This document shows, one piece after another, positions 1 through 12,099 of a DNA stretch of 64,000 bases. The notes under the pieces are model-generated. The model was not told where the DNA came from. It did no database searches and saw only the letters and a program-made list of their open reading frames with translations. Position 1 is the stretch's first letter; every line of letters starts with the position of its first letter. The stretch spans positions 235,826 to 299,825 of the forward strand of contig NW_005434595.1 in NCBI RefSeq assembly GCF_000315625.1, given 5' to 3'. Source of the stretch: Guillardia theta CCMP2712 (lineage: Eukaryota > Protista > Cryptophyta). The position numbers were made by a program, and so were the translations under genes.

Positions 1-13
1 AAAAGAACATTAT

Positions 14-1417
14 CAGCTTGGAGAATACATTCGCAGTAAGCAACTGTTGAGATCCCGTCCTTGTAAACCAGCGCACACCAACTTCAAAGGACATTTACCT
101 GATTGACCTTGTACGTCAACAGATCTTGGAATTCCGCATAGGATTCTGTAATTCTGCCAGATCAAGTCAACACTTTGACTCGAATAATTCTTTTCACACT
201 CACCTCTCTGGGATTTTCAGAGCTGCAAAGATCCCCTTGCATGCAAAGTGAGGAGAGGACGACTTCTTCTAAAGTTTGCTACCTTCCATTCTGTCGCCCT
301 GTAAACGAGGCTGTCTGCCACGATATCTTGCCTGAACAAGACGGTAACCAAGAGGCTAGTATTTGCCAAGGAGAAGGATGAAAGACGAGATAGATTCAGA
401 AGGAGCACGAGATAGATTCATCTTGATCGCAGACAGGATGGTGCGATTGTTACCTCGCGGAAAAAGCTAGGCCATCGGGGATGGCAACCTTCAGGAGTCA
501 AGAAAACAATAAACAATATCAGTAGAGGCATAAAGCATTTCATTTGGTACATGAAGAATTTCATTTGGTACATGGCAAACGATTCACAGGCCTGGATGAA
601 ATTCCTACCTTTCTGCCAAGTGGTGATCCAACCACTGATGTCCTCTGAAACCATCGCCGGAGGAAACTATCATTCGGAACAAACCACCACAAAGCTTATG
701 AAAGGAAGTAGTCATACCACAGAAGAAATTTCCTCCGAAGGGAATTCCTTGAGAGCTCAAGTCAGCTATGGGCACCTGACTTTCGTCTGCTTCTCATCCT
801 CCCATCCGTGTGCTATCTACCTCTTCGGAAAATTGATTCCTCACCTTGAAAGCCGCCGAAACCGATGAAGGCTGCGAGGGCGTTACTTTGTGGAAGGAAA
901 TATGGTATGCATCTACCTTAAACCCGACACTCAGCAACATGAGTGCAATGGAAAGAACAAGTCTTGGTACACTGAAGGCAAGTGTCTTTGACCTGGGTGG
1001 ATTAACGAGAGGAGAAGACGTGAGTTGATGGCAGTCGGCAGGAACTTCTCATTACCTGACCATTTTCGATTCTTCAACACCATGTACATGCTTAGAAAAG
1101 GCGCTACATGCCAGGTTGTGAAGGCCTGCTACCCGCGGGTGATTCTTCAGTGTAAGAGAAGCAGCGATCTTCCTCTGGGTGAGGAGCGGAGGAGCAGGGA
1201 GAAACCCTGTGCACAATAATCAGTGTTATCCTCCTTGTTCCAAACTTGTTTCTCCTCTTCAATGGTATCTGAAGCCCCACACATCTTATAGCTCGCTCTG
1301 GCTTCGAATACGGCACGTACGCACTTGTTCTATTACTGCATACTCGCCTTTTCTTGATCTTTGAGTGAGTGACACATTATGAGATCTCCTTTGAATCACT
1401 ATCAGAGCGTCTGCCAT
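14..1417 (-). CDS. Multi-exon hypothetical protein with one probable hydrophobic helix; exon boundaries approximate
   Basis: From ATG at 1417, successive short GT-AG introns give a largely continuous frame: ...SKTLAFSVPRLVLSIALMLLSVGFK|PSSVSAAFK...VPIADLSSQGIPFGGNFFC|EDISGWITTWQK|GCHPRWPSFFRE|PLGYRLVQARYRGRQPRLQGDRME|GDLCSSENPRE|NYRILCGIPRSVDVQ. One junction near 1100-1200 is unresolved. No family recognised. Confidence 0.5.
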
Positions 1418-1449
1418 CTCCCTTCTTCCTCACCTCTCGTTACATCTCT

Positions 1450-2950
1450 GCTCCCCCCACCCCCTTCCCCTTGTTGACTCACCTGCACCTTTCACAACCA
1501 ACATGGAAGGAGATCCGGCACAACCCGTTCACCCCCACCCTCTATCACTCATTTACTACCCTCCAAAAATCAGTTTAGTACCCACCCTTTGCTATGGTAG
1601 ATAATCTGACCTGATCTTTCCACCCACCCATTTTCATCACCCCGATGCGCCTCTGGGTACTCATTTCGGATTCCTTGGTAAATTTGTAACGGTTGTAACA
1701 TCTATACGTTACTTCCGTTGTGATGAAGGTTGCAGGGCAACCAAGGACCCCTACCTTCCCCCAAAATTTGAAAGGTACGGTCCCATATGTATCTCAGAGG
1801 GTACCCAGCCTACCCCACCCATGGCGAGACCCTCCACGACCCACCCACCCCCATGAACGAACAACACCTGAAGTTAGAGATCACCTACCCCTTTCCCAAC
1901 ACACCAATATTTCTTGCAATTCACCCCCATGACCCTACCCATACACCAATTTTCTACCCCATGGTGAATCATAGTGGTCGGAAGCCAAGTACCCCTGTGG
2001 GTAGGCAACCCCTTCTTATCCACTACCCCTACCCTCATTTCAAGCTCTGTTGAAGTTCAACACCGCAAACCCACCCCAGGTTCGACCACCCAGTCGCCCA
2101 TAGATCGAGTACCGGGTCGTTTTAAATTGTTTTTGAGGAGATCTGGAGGGTACTTGTACCCACCTCATGTAGTTGACCCACCCTTTCAACGATTTCTACA
2201 GTCTACGGAGCTAGTAATAGTAGCAGGGGTAGAGGGAAGGAAGGTGGTAGGGTAGATGGGGTAGAGATTTTATCTCAGAAGATGGTGGGTATGCTTCTCA
2301 AGGTGGGGTGACCTCATGAAGGAGGAATTCACATCAGGGGTGGGGTACAATCAGCCAGGGTGTGCAAACCATTTAACATCACAAGCAGGGTGGGTACAAG
2401 CCATTTGGTTCCCAGTTGTGATGAGGGTCCGGGAGTATAAGGCAATTTTCAAGAAAGTGTGGTAAATGGGAGGGTAGGGGTACAATATGAAGTAGTGCGG
2501 TAGAGGACTGATAGGGTTTGTCTGGGTGATCGGGTTGAGGGGTGGGTATCAGGAGAAGTGGTGGTGCAAATCTGAATTAAAAGAGGGGTAGGTGATATGG
2601 ATATCACCAATGGGTGGGGTAGCAGAAGTGTAGTCTTGTTCAAATGCAAGGGGGTGGGTGCTAATCCTGTGGGGGGGTTGGGGGTAAAGCACGCATCCTG
2701 ACGGTATGCCGAGAGGAAGCTGAAAGTGGGAAAGATGCAGGAATGAATAATGGTCAACGTAGATGACGAAGAGAATAGGGCAGAAGAGGAATGAAGTCAA
2801 GATAAGGGGAATGAGAAGCAATGCTATGTGAAGAAGTATGGCATGATGGGTTGAAGAGGGAGAGATACGAAGGAATCGCTCTCATTGGGGGGGGGGGGGT
2901 TAAGAAATGGGACAGGGGATCGGGGAGAAATGATGTCGCTGCTAGCAACG
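1450..2950. repeat. Non-coding GGGT/ACCC/GGTACC motif mosaic in a divergent spacer
   Basis: Dense accc/taccc/ggtacc words at ~1450-2190 switch to gggt/ggggt words at ~2220-2950. Poly-G at 2887-2899. ORFs here are P/T/H-rich noise. Confidence 0.65.
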
Positions 2951-3379
2951 ATTGAAGTATCGTATCACTTCTATGGAAAGAATAATCGCCGATCAAGAAA
3001 TTACTATAGTTGACATGAAATATGTTATTGGAAAACTTTGCGTTCGGAAACTCTTGTACATGTGATGGGGTTCGTTTAAGATGACGAGTATGCTGTTGAA
3101 TGCTGGAGAGATAAGCCTACATCAAGTACAGGACATGTTGATGGGAAGATTAGGTTTTAATGTGGCTCCTAGATCTGGGGATTCGATGAGCTGAATGAGC
3201 CGGTAATGGGCGTAGCCAAACAGGAAAGCCAAAGCACCGAAAGTTATCTGAGAATAGGCATATTTTCATTTGTTTGTAGAAGTTCAAGCCGAATCCGCAT
3301 AGTTTGGAATTGGAGAGTTTATGCTGTGAATCTCATCTAATCGATTGTGCCATGTGCTAGCTCCTGCAATTCTTGGAAC

Positions 3380-6300
3380 ATGTTCTGGCGGGGGTTCGCG
3401 TCTACGTCAACCGTGGACCTGGTGATTCCTGGACATTCTTTGATGAGCGCGAGTGGCTGATTTACATGCTTCAAGCTGCTTGATAGCGAGAATTGCACGC
3501 TGGAAGAATTGTTGAAAGACCAGGATCTTATACAGGTGATGACGGGAGGATGTGAAACAAAATTGAAAGGCCTGCCAGGAATGCAAGCAAAGAAATCAAA
3601 AACTTTTGAATTTGTAAGTCAGAGTTCTTTCGAACTTGAAATTTTGTGTAGTTGGACTTTGTTTTGAACACAATCTTAAAAATGTGTATGCTCTGACGAA
3701 TTTTCAAAGTTTATCGAATCCTACGGAGCTTGAAGCTTTGGTGGGATATGTCGTAGACCCTGCTCCTGAAGATGCGGATGAACTCAGAAGAATTGTATTT
3801 CCCTGCAAGGTTTGCATTTTGGATCCATCTTGGGAGCATTTCTTTCTTACGAGTGGTCAGGCATCGGAGATCTTGTCATTGAACTCTGCATTACAAGTTT
3901 TGCTCTTGAATGACGAATCTTTAACTTCAAAGCTTATGAATATGATTGCACAAGGGGTAAGATTCATTTATTTGGAATTTGTTTTCTTGGACTGTGAAGA
4001 CCTGTATCGTTGACTCGTCACTGTCCAGGATGACAAATTTAACGAATTCACGGCCTCGAATTACAGCAAGGTAGACAAGAATTCGATTGGACTACAAGTT
4101 ATCTTCTTGCCTTGTGATGCCAAACATCAGATTCTATGCTCTATACTCAACTTTCGTCCTGACAAAGCAATTATTGCTGTACATTCCGCTGGTTGTCGTA
4201 TGTGGAAATTTTGTGGATGAAGTAATGATTATCAATTCAGGAATTGCACAGCATATCTTCGAATACCTGCACTTAAGCTCTATTCTTGATTTGCTGCTTG
4301 CAGTATGATACTCGTTATATCTTGTTACCTTGTTTTGAATAGTAAGATAGATAATTCATGAGTCGGATGCTATGCTTTCTCGGGGCAATCTTGAAGGTAT
4401 TTACGGTTGTGAGTTTGCATCTGACGTTTGTGCTTGATTAAGACGACATCCCAAATCTGATAACGGAGGCAAATATGGTGCAAAGATTGATTTCCAGATT
4501 GAGTCCAGAGTATCCAGTTGAGGTAGGTGTTTATCTAAATTGTGCGGTGTGGTCATTTTACCACACAATAATTCAATGTGACAGGTTCACGAGAATTCGA
4601 GTTTGGCTTTGGTCACCCTTGTCTGTGCTGTAAGCATTCTCGTGGTGTCTTTACGAGTCATTTACTGCTGGCATGCAGGAGGCATGCTCTGGAGATATCT
4701 TCTTGCCGGAAAATGTTCGATCATTTCTTTCTATCAGGAACGTGTTTTGTCCTGTTCCTGATCGAAATATATCTTAGGTGGATTTTTTGTTGAGTAAGAC
4801 ATTGGGGGAAAATGAAAGTTTAGCGGACTGCGATGAGAAGAGAGCATCTGTTTTAAAATGTGGATTGCAAGTTGTGCTTGAATTCGTGCGACAAGGTTAA
4901 TTGGGTATGATTTGAATGATGCAGAATTGATGTGGTGTGGCAGGACATAAATTGAATGAGGGCCAGGACGACGAACCGTTTAACTTTGAGTTTGATGTAT
5001 TGCATGTTGGTCAATTGTGGACTACTTTGAACTTCCCTTTCCTAGGATGTCTTCTGCCGCACTCCAAGTAGTATTCCGAAGAAGCAAGTGGTATCTTGAA
5101 ATTGATTGTTGTCATTAAGCGTTTGACTCAAATGTAATGAAAGCGAGGGGATACCGGGGGCGTGCAGAAATCACAAGCATTCAACGTTGCATTGAAGCAG
5201 GTTCAATTTCACGAAGTTTGCAACTTTTAGTTATTTATTTGTAATTTCACTTGCCAGATTATGTTGAGAATTAGAGATGTGATCCTGATTTTGAAGAATC
5301 CACCAAGACTTCAGAAGATTGTGAATTCGGTTACAACTATAGATCCACCCTTGGGTTCTGTCAGATTCAAAATCGTCGAGCTGATCCATCTTCTTGTACT
5401 TCTGGACAACATTGATGTTTATTCTGCTTTGGCCGAACATGAAGCTATCCCAATATGTTTGCAATTATTCTTTCAGTATGAGTGGCACAACATGTTGCAT
5501 AATTTGGTGCAGAAGATTTTGGAATTCGTGGTACACTCCGAGGAATGTCTTATCTTACAGAGGACTATCTTTGAAGAAGCGGACTTTTTGAATCGCGTTG
5601 TAAAGGCCTACGCACTGAACGAATCCTATTCTAAACAGCCGAAGACCTCAAGAAAGGTCAAAAGACATTCCGCTGCAAAGTCGTACCCAGTTGTAAAGTG
5701 AATGTACAGGGATACATGGGCCATCTGCGAGTGATATGCAACATGATTATGCAAGCGTCATCGTCGAATAGAATGATTGAATCGCATGTTAGTGAGGTGT
5801 ACCATTCCCACATCGATTGCTTCACAGTTTTGACGTAAATCATTTGTAGCCGTTTTGGAAGAAATTTCTAGAAGAAAATCCTGAGATTCTCGTCGACTTC
5901 AAGGATTCAAAGCAGGTGGGATGTACCCTTGGCCCAAGCAAGCAAGCTAAAACCTTTCAGGGGTTGGCACCGAACAGCATCGAAAGAGAAGTTGATGGGC
6001 AGGAGCTAGAGGTAATGCGAGAATTCTACATTTTGTAATTTGTAGAAGTTTGTTGGTAACAGTTTGCAGGACGGTGACTTCGAGTCCGGGGTTGCTTCAG
6101 CCGCAAGTCTGACAGAAGCGTTCGACAACGAGGTATCGCAACTAGCCGCAAGTTCTCGTTTCCCGCTCGCCCTCTCTCATCTTTTTCGCAGGACTCAGTC
6201 GTTATCGAAGATCAGATTGAAGAGCAGCGGTCTGATATGCATGCAGAATGTGAGGGAATTAAGTGCTTGTTCTCCATGCATGACTTAGTGCAGCGTACTG

Positions 6301-6834
6301 CCCTGCATCTGATCCCAGCAACATGGTGGATGACATAGCTCAGCCTCACGCCCCTCATAACTATGGTGATGCACGTTCAGCATTTTTCTCTTTTCTTTAG
6401 CGACTTACATTGACATAAGGAGAGAGCGTCGAGAATTCAGTTGAATCCAACAGACATGCAGAAGATCTCGGTAAGAACCTTGTTCTGACAAGTAACTCTC
6501 ATCGCTCACTGTACTTGCGCCTTCTTCCTCAGCAATTCATCAAGCTGTGGATGGGATGAAGACGGTCTTACAGTCTTGTTGCTAGTCTTCGTTGCTGAGT
6601 AGGTTGCAGGGCAAGATCGCAGCGAAAGTTGAAATCGCAGTGAGAATGGATGGTGATATGCCTGTTGCTACAGCTCAGGTATAGTTCGAATTTTACTCCC
6701 TTCATTCTGTCTATTCTTTCCCTTCAACGTAGTGCGATGTATCAATGCTCTTCTCAAAGCATGGCAGATTCAAGTCGGCTATCACTAACAGGTGGAGTGT
6801 TTTGGGGAGATGTACATACAACCTACGCTTCTAG
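3380..6834 (+). CDS. SAPS: SIT4/PP6 phosphatase-associated (SAPS domain) regulatory subunit, intron-rich; 3' end approximate
   Basis: The spliced N-terminus MFWRGFASTSTVDL|LLDSENCTLEELLKDQDLIQ|ECKQRNQKLLNF|LSNPTELEALVGYVVDPAP...FPCK|ASEILS and the later PPLGSVRFKIVELIHLL...LFFQYEWHNMLHNLV...GYMGHL are hallmark SAPS/PPP6R motifs. Acidic tail. Confidence 0.9.
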
Positions 6835-7011
6835 GACGTAGGAATTGCTGGCCATGGGTTATTTCGAGGGTTGGAAGGGCTGAGGGAGAAATGAGGGGAG
6901 ATGAGACTGAAAATGTTTTTTACACGCTCAAAACGTCTTGTCCTTTTCATTCTCTGGGTATTTTTTTCGAACCATACACACTTTTCCGCATTTGGTATCC
7001 TAATGCACACC

Positions 7012-7968
7012 TTAGAAGTTTCCTGACTTGGGGCAGAAAGCTTTGGAAGGGCAGGACACCGCGTCGCCGAAGCCTGGATGTACTAGTCATACCGGGAGGC
7101 AAGTGCAGTACAGGAGATCACCAGTGTTATAGAAGCCCCATCCACCCTCAGGGGGCTCGTTCCAGTTGTCCTCCGCGTTGCCATCAGCACAAACCTGTCA
7201 GGGAGGATCAGCTCGACTCTAACCGTCAGGGTCGCCAAAGCCTTACCTCGACCCCTCCCTCGGTTCTCTTGTACTTAGCAAGGCAGTCGGCCAAGGGCGA
7301 AACGCCCATGCCGAGGCCTCCGCCCGAAGAAAAGCCGGTGGCAGCCAGAGAGGCAAATTCACGGATATCTAGATCACAAGGTGGTCAAGGGCGTTGGAGA
7401 TCATGCGCAATGTGCGAACAGTTTATGCATATGAACAAGCCCTGCTGCTAACTAATCATCGTTTTCATCATATGTGACTGAAATGAGAGATAATTCACAC
7501 AAGGCCACGATTTCTAGCGACCTTTCTTCCTCACTTACGACCTGAACACGAGACCCGACCTTCACGATATTGAGCAGTGACGGTGAACCACCATCTCATT
7601 TCTATGATTTCTGACTAAATGGAGCAATATTCTTTCTTTGTTCTTTTCTGTGCTGAAATTCACATTGGACGTCTGGAAGAACAACACGATGTCTTGTCTG
7701 TAGACGATATCCTCCCCCGTCCGATCCTACCGCAACTTCTTGTCTCCCCTATCCCAATTCACTTCTTGCCTAGTTTCGTCTTCGTCTTCGTCTTCGTCTT
7801 CGTCTCCCTGTTCCTGTTCCTGTTCCTCTTCCTTCGTATCCTCCCCCTCTTCTCTCCTCCCCCTCTTCTCTCCTCCTCTTCTCTCCTCATGTTGCTTTTG
7901 CCTGGCGAGCCATACCTGCGAACATCGCTGCTCTATTTCGGGCCCACCAACCTACCGTGACTGCTCAT
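7012..7968 (-). CDS. Small spliced hypothetical protein; last three exons supported, 5' part uncertain
   Basis: Exons 7368-7247, 7194-7122 and 7073-7012 are joined by GT-AG introns of 52 and 48 nt. They read DIREFASLAATGFSSGGGLGMGVSPLADCLAKYKRTEGGVE|VCADGNAEDNWNEPPEGGWGFYNT|GFGDAVSCPSKAFCPKSGNF*. An acidic stretch at 7740-7915 may be an upstream exon. Confidence 0.5.
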
Positions 7969-8278
7969 GCCCGGCCGGCGCCGCTCAGTGCGGCGGTGGG
8001 CCGCGGGCCAGGCCCGGCGGAAGTGCGGAACGGGCCCGGGACTCCGCCGGGAGTTTTCAGTGACTGAAGCTAGAGGTGAGCTCACCTCAGAGCCTGTGAC
8101 AGGTTGTGGCTATGGCAGAAGCGGAAGCAGGGGGCAACGAGGATCAAGGTGAGGGCGGGGGGGGATGGGGGGGAAGAACACAGACACGTGATGGAAGTCT
8201 TGTTGGATGAGAAGATCTCTGTGATGTTTCATTGAGCTTGCACTTTCAAACTGAATGCACATCTGGTGACTGACGCAC

Positions 8279-10954
8279 ATGGCAGCCCCAGCCAAAGTCC
8301 TCAACATTAATGTAGGTGTGATGGGACATGTCGACAGGTGAAGTGATGCGAAGCGAACATGATTTTCATACATATTGCAGTGGGAAAACAAGTCTTGTTC
8401 GGGCGCTTTCAAAAACTCTTTCGACGGCAGCTCTCGACAAACATCCTCAGAGCCAAGAGAGGGGCATCACGCTGGACCTCGGGTTCTCATCATTCACTGT
8501 GCCTATACCGGATCACATGAAGACGGAAGCGCAGGATTATGACGTCCTTCAGTTCACTCTAGTTGATTGCCCTGGTCATGCTTCCTTGATCAAGACCATC
8601 ATCGGAGGAGCTCAAATCATAGATATGATGATACTAGTGATAGACGTGACCAAGGGTGTCCAAACTCAGACGGCTGAGTGCCTTGTCATCGGCGAGATTC
8701 TCATGGAGAAGATTCTGATAGTACTGAACAAGATCGATCAGATCCCCGAAGAGACAAGAACCGAAAAAGTCGAGAAAGTGAAGAAAGGGCTAGAAAAGGT
8801 CGTTCCATATTTACAAACTCTCAGCTGTCCAACCATGCAGCAGGTCTTCGCCTCCACCAAGTTTAAGAATCCAGACATGGTTGCTGTTTCCGCCACGGGC
8901 GGCAGCGCCGATGCCCCAGCAGGTCTCAACATTGGTACTGCATGAAATGTGTATGATTGCTTTTTGCTTGACGATTCTTTCTAGATGTTCTTGTGGACAA
9001 GCTGAAAGGGATTTCTCGTTTCCCGCAGCGCATTATCACTGGACCATTTTACTTTTCCGTCGACCATTGCTTCCCTATCAAGGGCAAAGGGACCGTGTTG
9101 ACAGGCACTGTTCTTAGCGGCTCGGTGCGACGAACCCCTTGCTGTGACCCGTTTGACAAGAGCTGCAGGTTCGTGTGAACGATGAGGTAGAACTTCCAGA
9201 TCTTCGTTTGCAGAAGAAGGAATACAAGGATGCATGTTGAGACCTCTCATCTAAAACTTCGACAGATCAAGTCGATTCAAATGTTTAAGAAACCAGTCAA
9301 CAAGATAGCTCAAGGAGATCGAGCTGGAATCCTTGTTACCCAGGTTTCATTTCTTACTTCCAGTGACTGATCAAGTTGACTTGTATCTTCTATGTGAGTA
9401 GCTCGATGCGAAGTTGATAGAGAGAGGGGTCCTGGCCACTCCTGGTTCTGTTCCAAGTTTCAGTGCAATCGTGGCTTCTGTTGAGAGAGTCCGATTCTTC
9501 AAGGTACCAGTCCTGCCTGAGTCCATGATAAGTGTGATGGGTTGTAAGGGAACTGCTGGAAGCAAAAGGAAGTATCACATAACGATTGGACACTCGACCA
9601 TCATGGCGACAGGTTGTTCTCCCTGTGCCAGTCTTTCCTGCCATGACTTGCATGTCTAGCCATCTTTTTCCGACAACCAAACCTCGAGCCAGCAACGGTA
9701 CGTGACGCTCTGCTGCAACTGCTGTTTCTTTGATCTTGCAATACCATCTCCTGAAAAGACCTTGTTTTTCTCTGCCTTCCAGCCTCTCTCCTTTAGTGTC
9801 AAACTTGCTCCCAGTTGTGCGTTGAGAAAGTTTCCATTGCTTTCCCTGCTGGCCTGCTCATCACAGAATTCCTATGCAATTTGTGATAGATTCTTTTCAA
9901 ATATAGTCCTACCTTCACTTTTGGTATTCATATTTCTGAGGATGGTTTTTCAAATTTCACAGTTTGATATAACTAAAGAATATCTGGTATCAGAAGAGCT
10001 GATTCAGGTCCTATGCCCCATCCAATTTCTGTGGAAGCGTCATGACTGTATTTATTCAGTCTGGAGCTGACTGTGAGAGCGGCTCACAATGGGTTCTCCT
10101 CCTTTTTGAGAAGGTTGATGCCACTGGATCCTGTTGTCGTGCTGACTCGAATCAGGTCGTGACGGCGCCAAAAGACTCAATGCTCATCGGCTCCCTTCTC
10201 GACACAGTTAGCCTCCTCAATTCGAGGCTTCAAAAATGATGGCATGAGGCAGGACATTCACAGCAACACTTGCAGAATTGTGTTTTTTGGGAAAGCTCTC
10301 ATTGTGATGGATAAGGATAACAAAGATGAATTGAGCAGGTGTGAGGGAATCATGTCTCCTGCAACTCACCATGAGAAACTTTCAATGTTTCCAGGTTGAG
10401 ATTGTTTAAGCCGAAGCAAAAGGTCGGGCATGTAAAACGAGTGGTCGACGAAAGTGTTGTGATCGGTGAGACATATTAGCAACTTGTCTGACAACAAACT
10501 TAAATTGCTTTCTGCAGGGAAGGATTTGTTCAAGAAGGAAACAGATATTTCCAAATTTATGAACCTCAAGATCACCTTGGAAAAAGAGACAGAGAAGGCA
10601 AGTCTTGTCCTATTTTCTTGTCTCGCTTTCTCTCACCGAATGCCCCTCAGCTGCCTGGGTACATCGAAGGATCCTTCGGGTCCAGCGGACAGTATAAAGT
10701 GCGTGCTCGTCCTCGCTCCTCCCCCGCTAAGACTCCTCAGGTCAGATGCACACAGCCTCACGGGCTCCCTGTGAGCCGAGGGAAGGGGAAAGGAAAGGCT
10801 AAAGGGGAAGACGAAGACGAAGACACAAACTTGGTATTCGTGTAATGTCATGAATGAGATCTAATTTGAGATGCAGGCGATGTGTAAGATCGTGCTGAGT
10901 TTCAAGAAGTTCATGTTCGATAGTACAAACGAACGAGGAAGGATAATACAGTGA
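8279..10954 (+). CDS. EEFSEC: Selenocysteine-specific translation elongation factor (eEFSec/SelB), multi-exon
   Basis: MAAPAKVLNINVGVMGHVDS|GKTSLVRALS..STAALDKHPQSQERGITLDLGFSSF; FTLVDCPGHASLIKTIIGGAQIID; NKID; FSVDHCFPIKGKGTVLTGT; YHITIGHSTIMA; GYIEGSFGSSGQYK; C-terminus LSFKKFMFD...IIQ*. Confidence 0.95.
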
Positions 10955-11129
10955 TACACTGTGGCATGACCATGAACAAACACATCAATGTACAAATTTT
11001 TTTGACATGCTTGTCTTCTGCGCTCGAAGGAGTTACGTCGAGAAATCCATTGTTCTTCAGCAGCTTGAAGTAATCTTTCCTTGTTCTCAAGGGCCTCATC
11101 ATCCTATGAAATAAAGCCTCCAGCATTTT

Positions 11130-12044
11130 TTACTCTTCAATCTTGGGACGAGAAATAGAGTCCCCATTCACATAAGTGTATGTTCCAAGAACAGCTTCAG
11201 CAAGGCCAAGAGCATTCACCATCCAGTCGGCAAGAGCAAACCTGCAAGAAATGAGACGAGAAGGGGATGTAAAGTAAGTCGACTTGCTCTTCTCATCTAA
11301 CGTCCAGTGAATAGCGTTGGGAAGGTACAAGACGAGACGCAAGGTGTAACGGATTAGCGATCTTCTGCTCCGTTCGATCTTGGCCTAATGACAAGATTCA
11401 AGGATAAGAAAGACAATCACCAGGGAGCATGCAGCTTGAGTCTCTCACTTTGTTGTTAGCTGTAAGCGATCCGTTCATCTTTAGCTTTGTCTCCATCCGT
11501 TTCAATTCTTGCCATCTTCGATGTGTTGCGTATATGTCAATCACAATCCAAAGCACCCAAAATACGCAAGAAAGCCGGGAAAGAGTTGCCACGTCAAGAG
11601 GGAAGAGCTTGGGTGCAATAGTTCCCGCCCAAACTGCATGCTCCAGGGGGTAGTATCCCAGCATGGTGTATGATTGGAGGATAACGCATCGTCGGATGAC
11701 ATTGTCTTTCCAACCACCCACCCTGCCCAGTTGTTTAGATTTCTTGAACAACGGTAAAGTTTATACCAGCTGCTGTTAATAATGTTGTCAAGCTCTGATG
11801 GAAGGCCGAAGGGGCTGCCTCCCAGCCTTGTCGTCACCCGGTACATAGAGAAGTGGCTTCCGAAGAGCTTCAGCGCCTCTGAAGCCTCTCATCATTCTTC
11901 TGGAATCTACTTCTCACACTGACCTTTGAGAGTCTGAAGGCGATGAGGGCAAGTCTGAGCGACTAGAGGCAACAGGTAGGACGCTATCTTCATCGCCTTG
12001 TCGTAGCCCCACACGCTTCCACTCCGATCCAGCCATGCCGACAT
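11130..12044 (-). CDS. PEX11: Peroxisomal biogenesis factor 11 family protein (PEX11 gamma/C-like), 5 exons
   Basis: Spliced: MSAWLDRSGSVWGYDKAMKIASYLL...|EASEALKLFGSHFSMYRVTTRLGG...YYPLEHAVWAG...LSRLSCVFWVLWIV...YLPNAIHWT...NALGLAEAVLG. DK-x-x-K/R, R-x-x-x-RL, YYPLEH-x-x-W and LPNAIHW are PEX11 features. Confidence 0.85.
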
Positions 12045-12099
12045 TGCCCTGCGCACAGGTTGGGATGGCCCGTTGCACTTTCATCTCCGAGGCTCCGAG

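Noticed and set aside
1-180. Plus-strand fragment resembling a MAP kinase subdomain (NIISLENTF...KDIYLIDL)
   Set aside because: No downstream kinase motifs, and a better spliced model exists on the minus strand.
10952-10954. TGA ending eEFSec as a selenocysteine codon
   Set aside because: It falls where homologues normally end, and I see no convincing SECIS in the short downstream spacer.
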